A stretch of 64,000 nucleotides of DNA from an uncultured Holophaga sp. Lineage in GTDB: Bacteria; Acidobacteriota; Holophagae; Holophagales; Holophagaceae. The translations under genes were made by a program, and so were the position numbers. Positions within the stretch are counted from its first letter, which is position 1. Every line of letters begins with the position of its first letter. Of the stretch, positions 37,482 through 47,100 are shown piece by piece. Location: assembly GCA_963664825.1 (NCBI GenBank), contig OY761614.1:3296001-3360000 (forward strand). Direction: 5' to 3'. Under the pieces are notes generated by a model. The model made no database searches. It was not told where the DNA came from and saw only the letters and a program-made list of their open reading frames with translations.

Positions 37482-38708
37482 ATGGCCCCCACGAAAATAA
37501 ATGCCCAAGACAATTCATTTGATAATTCAATTTCAGTCGAGACCCATCACGAGCCAAACACATTTATTGTGCACCCAGGAAACGCCATAGATCAATATAC
37601 TTCATCAGAACAATCGTCTCTCGTAAAACAAGAATCAGTTAAAAAGATCTACATCGAGTGGTGTCGAGAGTGGTCTTCCGCCGTGTCTGAGGCATTCGCA
37701 TCCATGCCATACGACCCGCTGATGGATTCCACATTGGTCCGCACGCTTTGGGAAGACAGCGCTAGGCAATATCCTCAGAAGATTGCACTCCTAAAAACCA
37801 ACAGCGGCTATATCATCGGGGTGATTCCGTTGCAAAAACGCGACCGGTTGGGTTGGCAATTTCTGGCCGACTATTTTATGCCTTATTCACGTTTCTTCGT
37901 CAGGCCTGAATATACAGACGCAGCACTGCATGCCTTGCGGGGAGTGATTGATTGCCACCGAGTCGTGTTCTATTGCCTTCCAATTGATACCCGTATGCTC
38001 CGGCCCGAGGAATCATGGGAGGTCCGCCTAACACCCACATTTGCCGAACTCATGAAGCAGACTAATTACGAGAAAAAAGCCAAACACATTCATCGAAAGG
38101 CGGAAAACCTGACCCTGCGCGAGGATGATTTTACATTGCTGCCCGAGGCCTTGGACTGCTGGCAGGCCAAGTGGATGCCGAGAAGCCCATCCACGGCGAG
38201 GCGTAAAGACAAACTGTTGCTAGGTTATCAGTGTTTAGCTAAAATGGGGCGCTTAAAAACATTCTCGCTCCATGACGGCGATCGCATGGCTACCATTGAA
38301 ATCCTCATTCTTGAGGACGCATCCATTTATGGCATGACAACAGTTACACGCGACGAATACCGACAACAATATGCAGGTGTCGCATGCAGACTAGCTACCA
38401 TGGAATGGGCCTGTGCCAATGGCTACGCAAGAATTGATTATGGCCCAGGTACGGACCATTTCAAGAAACAATGGGCCGTATCAAAGCCTACAAGCTACCG
38501 CCTACTCTGGTCACCCTTTGGCTCTGCCGCGCTGGGTTCTGCACTACACAATGCAAAGCCTATCTTCTGGAAAGTGGTAGGATTTTTATCAAAATGTCGC
38601 CATAAATGCATAACTGCGACGATCTATCAAAAGATGTTTCGCGGGGGAGGACCCGCCACAAAACGTTCTGGAATAGGAAATTCTTCAGAATCTCTATGGG
38701 AGGGATGA
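37482..38708 (+). CDS. GNAT-family (CelD/BcsL-like) acyltransferase
   Basis: IDYGPGTDHFKKQW-type C-terminal GNAT motif; start uncertain. Confidence 0.65.
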   Translation: MAPTKINAQDNSFDNSISVETHHEPNTFIVHPGNAIDQYTSSEQSSLVKQESVKKIYIEWCREWSSAVSEAFASMPYDPLMDSTLVRTLWEDSARQYPQKIALLKTNSGYIIGVIPLQKRDRLGWQFLADYFMPYSRFFVRPEYTDAALHALRGVIDCHRVVFYCLPIDTRMLRPEESWEVRLTPTFAELMKQTNYEKKAKHIHRKAENLTLREDDFTLLPEALDCWQAKWMPRSPSTARRKDKLLLGYQCLAKMGRLKTFSLHDGDRMATIEILILEDASIYGMTTVTRDEYRQQYAGVACRLATMEWACANGYARIDYGPGTDHFKKQWAVSKPTSYRLLWSPFGSAALGSALHNAKPIFWKVVGFLSKCRHKCITATIYQKMFRGGGPATKRSGIGNSSESLWEG

Positions 38709-39018
38709 GGAAGGAAATGGAATGACCCGCACCTAGGGCGACTGGCTGTGGAAGACCATCTTCTCCCTAGCATCCGCCAGATACACCTTTTGCTTACGTT
38801 CCATACATTCCAGATCCCAGACCATCGTTTGAAGACTGTCCCTATCACAACTCCGACCACAGTAATTGTCACCATGCAGAAGAAGATGACCCCGGTCGCC
38901 CAGAATCTAAGTTTAAAGCATCACCCCATCACAAAGCACTTACGCACTGTGGCATAGCAAGGCAAGCTCGCGGGGGCCCACATATGCGAATTTTATTAAC
39001 TTCCTTACGAGTCGCATC

Positions 39019-39999
39019 ATGGGACGCACCTTTTATCTTAGTCGCTACCTAATCATTCGCTTCCCCTGGGTCTATCGGGTGGGTCGCCTGCTGTTCAGAA
39101 ATTTTCACAACTATATCACCTCCGCCACACACGCAATTCAACATAGGAGGCCTAATCATGAACCGAATAACTCCGCAACAGGACTATTTTCAGCAGAAGA
39201 CCTGAAAGGCGAATTAATTGACTGGGGCATCAGTCGAGGTGAAATTTTAATGGTACACAGCAGTATGAACGACTTGAGATCATACTCAGGCACAGTTCCC
39301 GAGATGATCGAAATGCTGCTGTCGTTGATCGGGCCCGAGGGGACCCTCTGCATGCCCGCCTTTCCAAGGTTTATGGAAAAGGACAAGGAGGGTGTACCCA
39401 TCTTTGATATCTGCAAGACGCCCTCCTTGACAGGTCTTCTCCCCGAAATTTTCAGGAGACGAAAAGGGGTTCTGCGTAGCCATCAGAAACGGTCCGTCGC
39501 TGCCCTGGGACCGCTTGCTGCAGCCATCACAGGCACTCACCACCTCGACCCTTTCCCGTGCGGTCCATGTTCACCATACGTCAAATTCGCAGAATTTAGG
39601 GCAAAACTCCTTTTCCTTGGTGTCTCTCCGTACGGAACCAACACTATGTTCCATTGCGGGGAAGATCTGCTCACCGAAGGGCTTCCGTTCCGTCCTCATG
39701 ATTCTAGACCTCGCCCACTCAAGATAAGAGACGAAAATGGGGTCCTTTCCACAACGACGTATTATCAACTCCGCCCAGAGATAACATTCTTAACTTCCCC
39801 AGAGTTAATGATCCAATATTTCACGCATGACGAAGTTGATTACAAGCAATTCCGGAACACGGATTTATGGCTCGTGGACGCAGAACGATTTCTGGCCAAG
39901 CTGCTGCGACTCGCACAACATGGAATCACCTACTTTGGATACCGATTTCCCAAGCCGCAAATACTATCCATTGGAGACACCTCTTGCATTCAAAAATAA
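39019..39999 (+). CDS. AAC(3)/YokD-family N-acetyltransferase
   Basis: LMVHSS, GTLCMPAF, TGLLPEIFR, NTMFHCGE. Confidence 0.85.
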   Translation: MGRTFYLSRYLIIRFPWVYRVGRLLFRNFHNYITSATHAIQHRRPNHEPNNSATGLFSAEDLKGELIDWGISRGEILMVHSSMNDLRSYSGTVPEMIEMLLSLIGPEGTLCMPAFPRFMEKDKEGVPIFDICKTPSLTGLLPEIFRRRKGVLRSHQKRSVAALGPLAAAITGTHHLDPFPCGPCSPYVKFAEFRAKLLFLGVSPYGTNTMFHCGEDLLTEGLPFRPHDSRPRPLKIRDENGVLSTTTYYQLRPEITFLTSPELMIQYFTHDEVDYKQFRNTDLWLVDAERFLAKLLRLAQHGITYFGYRFPKPQILSIGDTSCIQK

Positions 40000-40007
40000 T
40001 CCTAAAT

Positions 40008-40604
40008 ATGTCATGTGTTTTCATGAGATTTTCCAATTTTATTAAAATTTTTAGCATTAGAAGCCACGTATTCGGCTGCGAGGTCAATGCATTCTCACCA
40101 TCTCCAAAAAAACATATTGATAAATTGGAAATTTCGTTTCCCATTTCTATTGACTTTTTAACAGAAGAAGATTTTTCAAATATTTGTACAACAAAGGATG
40201 TCTTGATGCCTTTTCTCATGGAAGGACATATGTTGGCTGTTGCACGCATTGGAGGAACATGCGTCCATATGACTCTGGTTCGGACCTCGGGCGATGTCGC
40301 AGCCGGAGGTGAATCGCGGCTGTTTCGACTATCATATGATGAATTATACATCCATGGGTGTTACACAAATTCCCAATTCAGGGGGATGAACATCTTTCCG
40401 CACGTTCTTGAACAAGTGATAAACCATTTCAAACATGCCGGATTGGTCCAAAGGATTTTTATCTCCTCCCGCGTTGAAAATATTCCGTCAATCAAGGGAA
40501 TCAGGAAGGCTGGTTTTCATTATTTATTTAGCGTGCATACCATTAGAACTTTCAATGGCAGACTTCGACGATGCATGCGCTACCAAGACATTCCGTCCGA
40601 ATGA
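40008..40604 (+). CDS. GNAT-family acetyltransferase
   Basis: YTNSQFRGMNI, ENIPSIKGIRKAGF; start uncertain. Confidence 0.7.
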   Translation: MSCVFMRFSNFIKIFSIRSHVFGCEVNAFSPSPKKHIDKLEISFPISIDFLTEEDFSNICTTKDVLMPFLMEGHMLAVARIGGTCVHMTLVRTSGDVAAGGESRLFRLSYDELYIHGCYTNSQFRGMNIFPHVLEQVINHFKHAGLVQRIFISSRVENIPSIKGIRKAGFHYLFSVHTIRTFNGRLRRCMRYQDIPSE

Positions 40605-40663
40605 TTCTTTACAATAACTCTTGTTCAATATTTACTTTTTACTCCCCCTGGCCGATCCACGAA

Positions 40664-43123
40664 CTAAGGAGCGACCGCACCAGCATATGTGCCATCAGTC
40701 GATTTGGCCGACGAGAGACTGCTTGGACGGAACCTTTTGCTCAGATCGCTTGTCGGCACCAGCACCTCCGGGTTGTATTTACGAAGCGGAACAGTCGTGG
40801 TGCTCACCTGGGGATTGGCGGCCAGGTTTCCTGTCCCAGGCAGTGCACTGCTCGGGTAGAAGATTGAATTCGTCACGGTCCCGGCCCCGCTCAGGTTGGT
40901 GACATTGTTGAGGAAGATGGTCCGATCAATGGTCAGGGTTCCGAGCATCCCGAAGTTCGAAACGGCATGTGACGAATTGGCATACGTGTCGTTAGTAATC
41001 ACGACGTTCATCAGCACTCCCGAATCCATGGATATCGCGTTCCACCTGCCGACGAGACGCGTCTTGGCGGTGGCTGACACCATGGTGCCGTCATCCCAGA
41101 TGTTGCCGTTCACGATGTTGTGGTCGGCGAACAGAGTTCCCGTTGGGCCTCCGGCTACGCCGTTCATGCCCATCTCGACACTCAGGCCGCTGATGGCCGC
41201 CTCGATGGTGTTGCCTCTCACGTAGACGATCGCCTGATTCAGGTGGCCCATGCGGATGGCTGCGTTGGCGCGGTATTCGGCCAAGTGACCATCCTGCAGG
41301 CCTACGACCGGACGGAAGATGTTTCCCTCGATGTGGAGCGTTCCGGTGTCAACCGATATGGGCTGCCCCGAGTAGGTGAAGGGTCCGTAGTTCCCGATAT
41401 TCTGGCCGCAGAGGACCCCGGAACCGGTAAAGCCTTCGAAGGTGTTGTCGCTGACCGTGTAGTCCCGGTTGGCTTCCTTAAAGGAGACCGCCTGGTTGAA
41501 CTGGCCGTGGAAGTAGTTCTGCAAAACCTGGGTGCGGACCGTCCCGTAGGCCTGGACCCCGTAGTCCATCAGTACCAGGCTGTTGTTCGCCGTCCAGTTC
41601 GTGTTTGAGGAGTCGTCCACTAGGGTCGGCAACATGCCGGAGAGGTAGGGATCGAGAATGCGATTCCCGTAGATGACCACATTGGCCGTATCCCAGAGGA
41701 AAATCCCCTGATCGCCGCAACTCTCGATGTGACATCCACTGATGACGACGCTGCCGCTGTGCATGACACCGATGCCATGGGAGCCGTACCAGCTTACGTC
41801 GAGATCCTGAATGAACGTCCCGGCCGCGGCGCCTCCCGAGATGGCGATGCCGTTGTCCGTGCCTGCCGTGGGTTGGACGTATCCCTGGAGCCTCGCCCCA
41901 AGGGGATTCAGGGACTTGAGTCTGACCATCTTGGTGATGGTCAGATGCACGCCCGTCCAAGTTCCGTCGGCGAGTTCGATGGTATCCCCAGCACTTGCGC
42001 TGTTAAGGATTGCCTGAATATCCTCGCCCGGGTAGACCGTACGGGTGCTCCCGGTTCCGGTCCAGGCCGGCAAAATCGGAGACAAAGAACCTGAAACTGT
42101 GATGTTGGAGGAGACGGCCTTGGTCGTGTCCTGTACGCTGGTAGCCGTTACGACATCGCTGCCGCCCGTGGCGGGCGCCGTGTAGAGGCCCGCACTGGTG
42201 ATGCTGCCGCGCTGTGCGGACCAGGTGACCCCGGAACTGAAACTGCCCGTGCCCGTCACCGTTACGGTGAACTGCTCCTGGGCACTGGCGTCCAGGACCA
42301 AAGAGGCCGGGCTCACCGAGAGATCCTTGATGGTAAAGGTAGCCGATTTTCCGCCCGTTCCGCTGCAAGCGACGGTCGAACAAAGAGCCCCAGCCGCAAG
42401 CCACCCCAGCATCCGGAATCGGATGGTCGCGACGCCTGGGAGCTTCCTCGATCGAGGTAGAGGAGTAACCGTCTCCTCTTGCTTGTTATTATGACCTCCG
42501 ATCCCATGTTTCATCAGGTACTTAAATACGGTCAAATCTATTAGGGGCTGGAGAATCGCCAGCCAAATTAAAGCGTAGCCGAAGGAAAGGAGAATCTTCA
42601 GCCAGTTCGGCGCGGGCGCAATGATCCCATGCAGCATCCAAACTGATAAAATAGAAAGTGGAATGCATGTGCAGAAGGTTGTCAGAAAAACAGTCCTGAA
42701 GGTGTCGCCACTCACGCCAAACAGGGATTCGCTCTCGGATTTGTTTTCACTCTCGCTTACCCTAAAATAATCGATATAGGGTTTGACCATGGAATGGCCA
42801 GTCCTCTGGGGCAAGGGATGCGCGAAGGTCTTGTATTCCCGGTCATCCAGGGGCTCCTCAAACCTAATGGCAGTGCCCTGGTCGTCGCTGCGGACGACTG
42901 TGCCCCTTGCCACGATCTGCCTGAGCCCAAGGTTCTCAGAAAGGGCAACGACCACTTCACAGGGACATCCCACCGGCATGAGTGGGGTGGCGCCAAGCAA
43001 AAGGCCCCCCATGCTGATGTTCAGGGTTAAAGCGCAAAAGGCCATGCGGCCCGCGGGTTGCAATTGGACGTTACTCTTGATAGGTATCCGTTCTGAAGCG
43101 CGAAGGTCCATGTGAGTGTCCAT
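40664..43123 (-). CDS. Fusion protein: PilZ + 2 TM + signal/lipobox-like segment + one Ig-like repeat + right-handed beta-helix
   Basis: RASER and NISMGG PilZ motifs; TVAC; GDTIELADGTW beta-helix cap; ATG at 43123 after GGGAG. Confidence 0.8.
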   Translation of the reverse strand: MDTHMDLRASERIPIKSNVQLQPAGRMAFCALTLNISMGGLLLGATPLMPVGCPCEVVVALSENLGLRQIVARGTVVRSDDQGTAIRFEEPLDDREYKTFAHPLPQRTGHSMVKPYIDYFRVSESENKSESESLFGVSGDTFRTVFLTTFCTCIPLSILSVWMLHGIIAPAPNWLKILLSFGYALIWLAILQPLIDLTVFKYLMKHGIGGHNNKQEETVTPLPRSRKLPGVATIRFRMLGWLAAGALCSTVACSGTGGKSATFTIKDLSVSPASLVLDASAQEQFTVTVTGTGSFSSGVTWSAQRGSITSAGLYTAPATGGSDVVTATSVQDTTKAVSSNITVSGSLSPILPAWTGTGSTRTVYPGEDIQAILNSASAGDTIELADGTWTGVHLTITKMVRLKSLNPLGARLQGYVQPTAGTDNGIAISGGAAAGTFIQDLDVSWYGSHGIGVMHSGSVVISGCHIESCGDQGIFLWDTANVVIYGNRILDPYLSGMLPTLVDDSSNTNWTANNSLVLMDYGVQAYGTVRTQVLQNYFHGQFNQAVSFKEANRDYTVSDNTFEGFTGSGVLCGQNIGNYGPFTYSGQPISVDTGTLHIEGNIFRPVVGLQDGHLAEYRANAAIRMGHLNQAIVYVRGNTIEAAISGLSVEMGMNGVAGGPTGTLFADHNIVNGNIWDDGTMVSATAKTRLVGRWNAISMDSGVLMNVVITNDTYANSSHAVSNFGMLGTLTIDRTIFLNNVTNLSGAGTVTNSIFYPSSALPGTGNLAANPQVSTTTVPLRKYNPEVLVPTSDLSKRFRPSSLSSAKSTDGTYAGAVAP
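40666..42316 (-). repeat. Left arm of 1651-bp inverted repeat (partner 46098-47748)
   Basis: Identical translations in the main and shadow frames; coordinate sums are constant (88414). Confidence 0.95.
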
Positions 43124-43499
43124 TATTCTCCCGCACGCCAGTCTCTGGCACCTTCTTACCACCCAGCTTACCGGTATCCGTACAACTTTTCGATTGCCTT
43201 TCAGATGTCCACCGACTGAGTTTGCTAGGGCATAAATCGAGATTCCGACCCTCGCATACCGGAACCCTCCGCTGACCGGATGCCATATTTAATACTTAAT
43301 TTATAATAAACTAGCCCCATGAGAATTCTGGCCAGACAGAGACGAGCTTACAGGGCGAGCAGGCGGTCGAATCCGCTACTCCACTTCTGGAACTGACGGA
43401 CACGGTAGATGGGGGGCGGCGCCCTGGTGCCCACCGACACACAGCTGCCTACTGGCAAAGGGCCAATATTGGCGTACCCTCCACCATGTGTGGAGGTTC

Positions 43500-44132
43500 A
43501 TGATGGATGTTCGAAATGATCTGCGCACCTCCAAGCGGGTTCCCATTGGGAACAAGGTCCAAGTGAAAATAAAAGGACGGATGGCCTCCTATGCCTTGGC
43601 CATTAACATCAGCGCGGGAGGTCTTCTCCTCAGTGCGGCCCCCGCCCTGCCGGTGGGGACTCCGTGTGAACTCGCAATTCCCCTCTCTATCCGAGCCGAA
43701 GGGAAAAGCCTCCTAACTGAGGGGACGGTGATCCGCAACGATGACATGGGAACCGCAATTCAATTTACCAATGAATTAGAGGAGAGTGTATATAAAAAAT
43801 TTGTTACCAAAGAAAATGCATTTGCCAACAACTCGGTTTTGAATTCCTACATAAATTATTTCAAAGTCAGCCAGAGTCATGACCCGGCTGACTGCGAAAA
43901 ACTGATTGGCATAAGCCGAAAGATTTTTAATAATGTTTTTTTGACGACCTTCTGCACATGCATTCCGCTGGCTATCCTTCCTGTACTAATTTTTCAAAGT
44001 AGCATTCCAATCATACCTATATGGGCAAAACTAACGTACTCATTCGGATATGGATTGATATGGATTGGAATCATCCAGCCTTCCATTGATTTAATTGTTT
44101 TTAAAGTCATTAAAAACAGAGCCGTTGTATAG
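43500..44132 (+). CDS. PilZ-domain membrane protein (2 TM)
   Basis: RTSKR and NISAGG motifs; shares VFLTTFCTCIPL with the left paralog; GGAGG RBS. Confidence 0.85.
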   Translation: MMDVRNDLRTSKRVPIGNKVQVKIKGRMASYALAINISAGGLLLSAAPALPVGTPCELAIPLSIRAEGKSLLTEGTVIRNDDMGTAIQFTNELEESVYKKFVTKENAFANNSVLNSYINYFKVSQSHDPADCEKLIGISRKIFNNVFLTTFCTCIPLAILPVLIFQSSIPIIPIWAKLTYSFGYGLIWIGIIQPSIDLIVFKVIKNRAVV

Positions 44133-44189
44133 CTAGTTAATACTACTATTTGCTAGCACCGCTGTTGATAGGCCAAATTGGAGGATCCC

Positions 44190-47100
44190 ATGCGTATAGG
44201 GAGTATCCAGTTCCGTTTGCTAGGAATATTTATAATTGGCGCCATTTGTTCATGGATAGCAACAGCTGCGACCTACTTTGTGATGACCCTAAGCCCTGGT
44301 TCCGCCAACATAACTACATACGCGACTTTGTCATTAACTGCAGCGGTTTCAGGCTCTTCGCATACTGCATTCAGTTGGACTGTGGATGGCATTCGTGATG
44401 GTAACAGCACAGTGGGCATAGTCACGGGTGGAGGAAGCAGCGTTCTATACACGGCTCCTGCCAATGCTGGAGTTCATACCTTGAAAGCCTCGGGCCTAAC
44501 CTATACCTATGGAAACAGACCCCGATTACTCACCGCCACTGCCAGAGTCACAGTGGTCGCCCCCTCTGCGATCAGTTCTTTGACGCTGAGTCCATTCATT
44601 TTGACCTTGAACGCCAGCACCCAAAATCAGTTCACCGCGACGGTGACGGGCACGGGCAGCTACAGTTCCGGGGTCATCTGGTCCGCACAGAAGGGGACCA
44701 TCACCAGTACCGGCCTCTACACGGCGCCCGTCACGGGCGGGAGCGATGTGGTGACTGCCACGAGTGCCCAGGATGCCAACAGGACGGCCACGGCAAACAT
44801 CACGGTGACCGTGCCTGCCACCATCACCTCCGTGGTTGTGAGTCCGGCCTCCCTGACCCTGAACGCCAGTGCCCAGAATCAGTTCACCGCGACGGTGACG
44901 GGCACGGGCGGCTACAGTTCCGGGGTCACCTGGTCCGCCCAGAAGGGGACCATCACCAGCACCGGTCTCTACACGGCGCCCGCCACGAGCGGTAGCGACG
45001 TGGTGACTGCCACGAGTGCCCAGAATGCCAGCAGGACGGCCACGGCAAACATCACGGTGACCGTGCCTGCCACCATCACCTCCGTGGTTGTGAGTCCGGC
45101 CTCCCTGACCCTGAACGCCAGTGCTCAGAATCAGTTCACCGCGACGGTGACGGGCACGGGCGGCTACAGTTCCAGGGTCATCTGGTCAGCACAGAAGGGG
45201 ACCATCACCAGCACCGGTCTCTACACGGCGCCCGCCACGGGCGGGAGCGACGTGGTGACTGCCACGAGTGCCCAGAATGCCAGCAGGACGGCCATGGCAA
45301 ACATCACGGTGACCGTGCCTGCCACCATCACCTCCGTTGTTGTGAGTCCAGCCTCCCTGACCCTGAACGCCAGTGCCCAGAATCAGTTCACCGCGACAGT
45401 GACGGGTACGGGCAGCTACAGTTCCGGGGTCACCTGGTCCGCGCAGAAGGGGGCCATTACCAGTACCGGCCTCTACACGGCACCCGCCACGGGCGGGAGC
45501 GACGTGGTGACTGCCACGAGTGCCCAGGATGCCAGCAGGACGGCCACGGCAAACATCACGGTGACCGTGCCTGCCACCATCACCTCCGTGGTTGTGAGTC
45601 CGGCCTCCCTGACCCTGAACGCCAGTGCTCAGAATCAGTTCACCGCGACGGTGACGGGCACGGGCAGCTACAGTCCCGGGGTCACCTGGTCCGCCCAGAA
45701 GGGGACCATCACCAGTACCGGCCTCTACACGGCGCCCACTACGAGCGGTAGCGACGTGGTGACTGCCACGAGTGCCCAGAATGCCAGCAGGACGGCCACG
45801 GCAAACATCACGGTAACCGTGCCTGCCACCATCACCTCCGTGGTTGTGAGTCCAGCCTCCCTGACCCTGAACGTCAGTGCCCAGAATCAGTTCACCGCGA
45901 CGGTGGTGGGCACGGGCAGCTACAGTTCCGGGGTCACCTGGTCCGCGCAGAAGGGGGCCATTACCAGTACCGGCCTCTACACGGCGCTCACCACGGGCGG
46001 GAGCGACGTGGTGACTGCCACGAGTGCCCAGGATGTCAGCAGGACGGCCACGGCAAACATCACGGTGACCGTGCCTGCCACCATCACCTCCGTGGTTGTG
46101 AGCCCGGCCTCTTTGGTCCTGGACGCCAGTGCCCAGGAGCAGTTCACCGTAACGGTGACGGGCACGGGCAGTTTCAGTTCCGGGGTCACCTGGTCCGCAC
46201 AGCGCGGCAGCATCACCAGTGCGGGCCTCTACACGGCGCCCGCCACGGGCGGCAGCGATGTCGTAACGGCTACCAGCGTACAGGACACGACCAAGGCCGT
46301 CTCCTCCAACATCACAGTTTCAGGTTCTTTGTCTCCGATTTTGCCGGCCTGGACCGGAACCGGGAGCACCCGTACGGTCTACCCGGGCGAGGATATTCAG
46401 GCAATCCTTAACAGCGCAAGTGCTGGGGATACCATCGAACTCGCCGACGGAACTTGGACGGGCGTGCATCTGACCATCACCAAGATGGTCAGACTCAAGT
46501 CCCTGAATCCCCTTGGGGCGAGGCTCCAGGGATACGTCCAACCCACGGCAGGCACGGACAACGGCATCGCCATCTCGGGAGGCGCCGCGGCCGGGACGTT
46601 CATTCAGGATCTCGACGTAAGCTGGTACGGCTCCCATGGCATCGGTGTCATGCACAGCGGCAGCGTCGTCATCAGTGGATGTCACATCGAGAGTTGCGGC
46701 GATCAGGGGATTTTCCTCTGGGATACGGCCAATGTGGTCATCTACGGGAATCGCATTCTCGATCCCTACCTCTCCGGCATGTTGCCGACCCTAGTGGACG
46801 ACTCCTCAAACACGAACTGGACGGCGAACAACAGCCTGGTACTGATGGACTACGGGGTCCAGGCCTACGGGACGGTCCGCACCCAGGTTTTGCAGAACTA
46901 CTTCCACGGCCAGTTCAACCAGGCGGTCTCCTTTAAGGAAGCCAACCGGGACTACACGGTCAGCGACAACACCTTCGAAGGCTTTACCGGTTCCGGGGTC
47001 CTCTGCGGCCAGAATATCGGGAACTACGGACCCTTCACCTACTCGGGGCAGCCCATATCGGTTGACACCGGAACGCTCCACATCGAGGGAAACATCTTCC

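Noticed and set aside
38627..38957. Small ORFs on either strand between the GNAT and AAC(3)-like genes
   Set aside because: No clear RBS or motif; the hydrophobic minus-strand stretch may be a fragment but cannot be supported
43124..43499. c-di-GMP riboswitch between the divergent PilZ genes
   Set aside because: No GEMM-like GCAAA/GAAA/GACGCAAA pattern recognised on either strand
44130..44190. Stop-codon readthrough fusing the right PilZ gene to the Ig/beta-helix gene
   Set aside because: Same frame, but three more in-frame stops (TAG, TGA, TAG) lie in the gap and the second gene has its own GGAGG RBS
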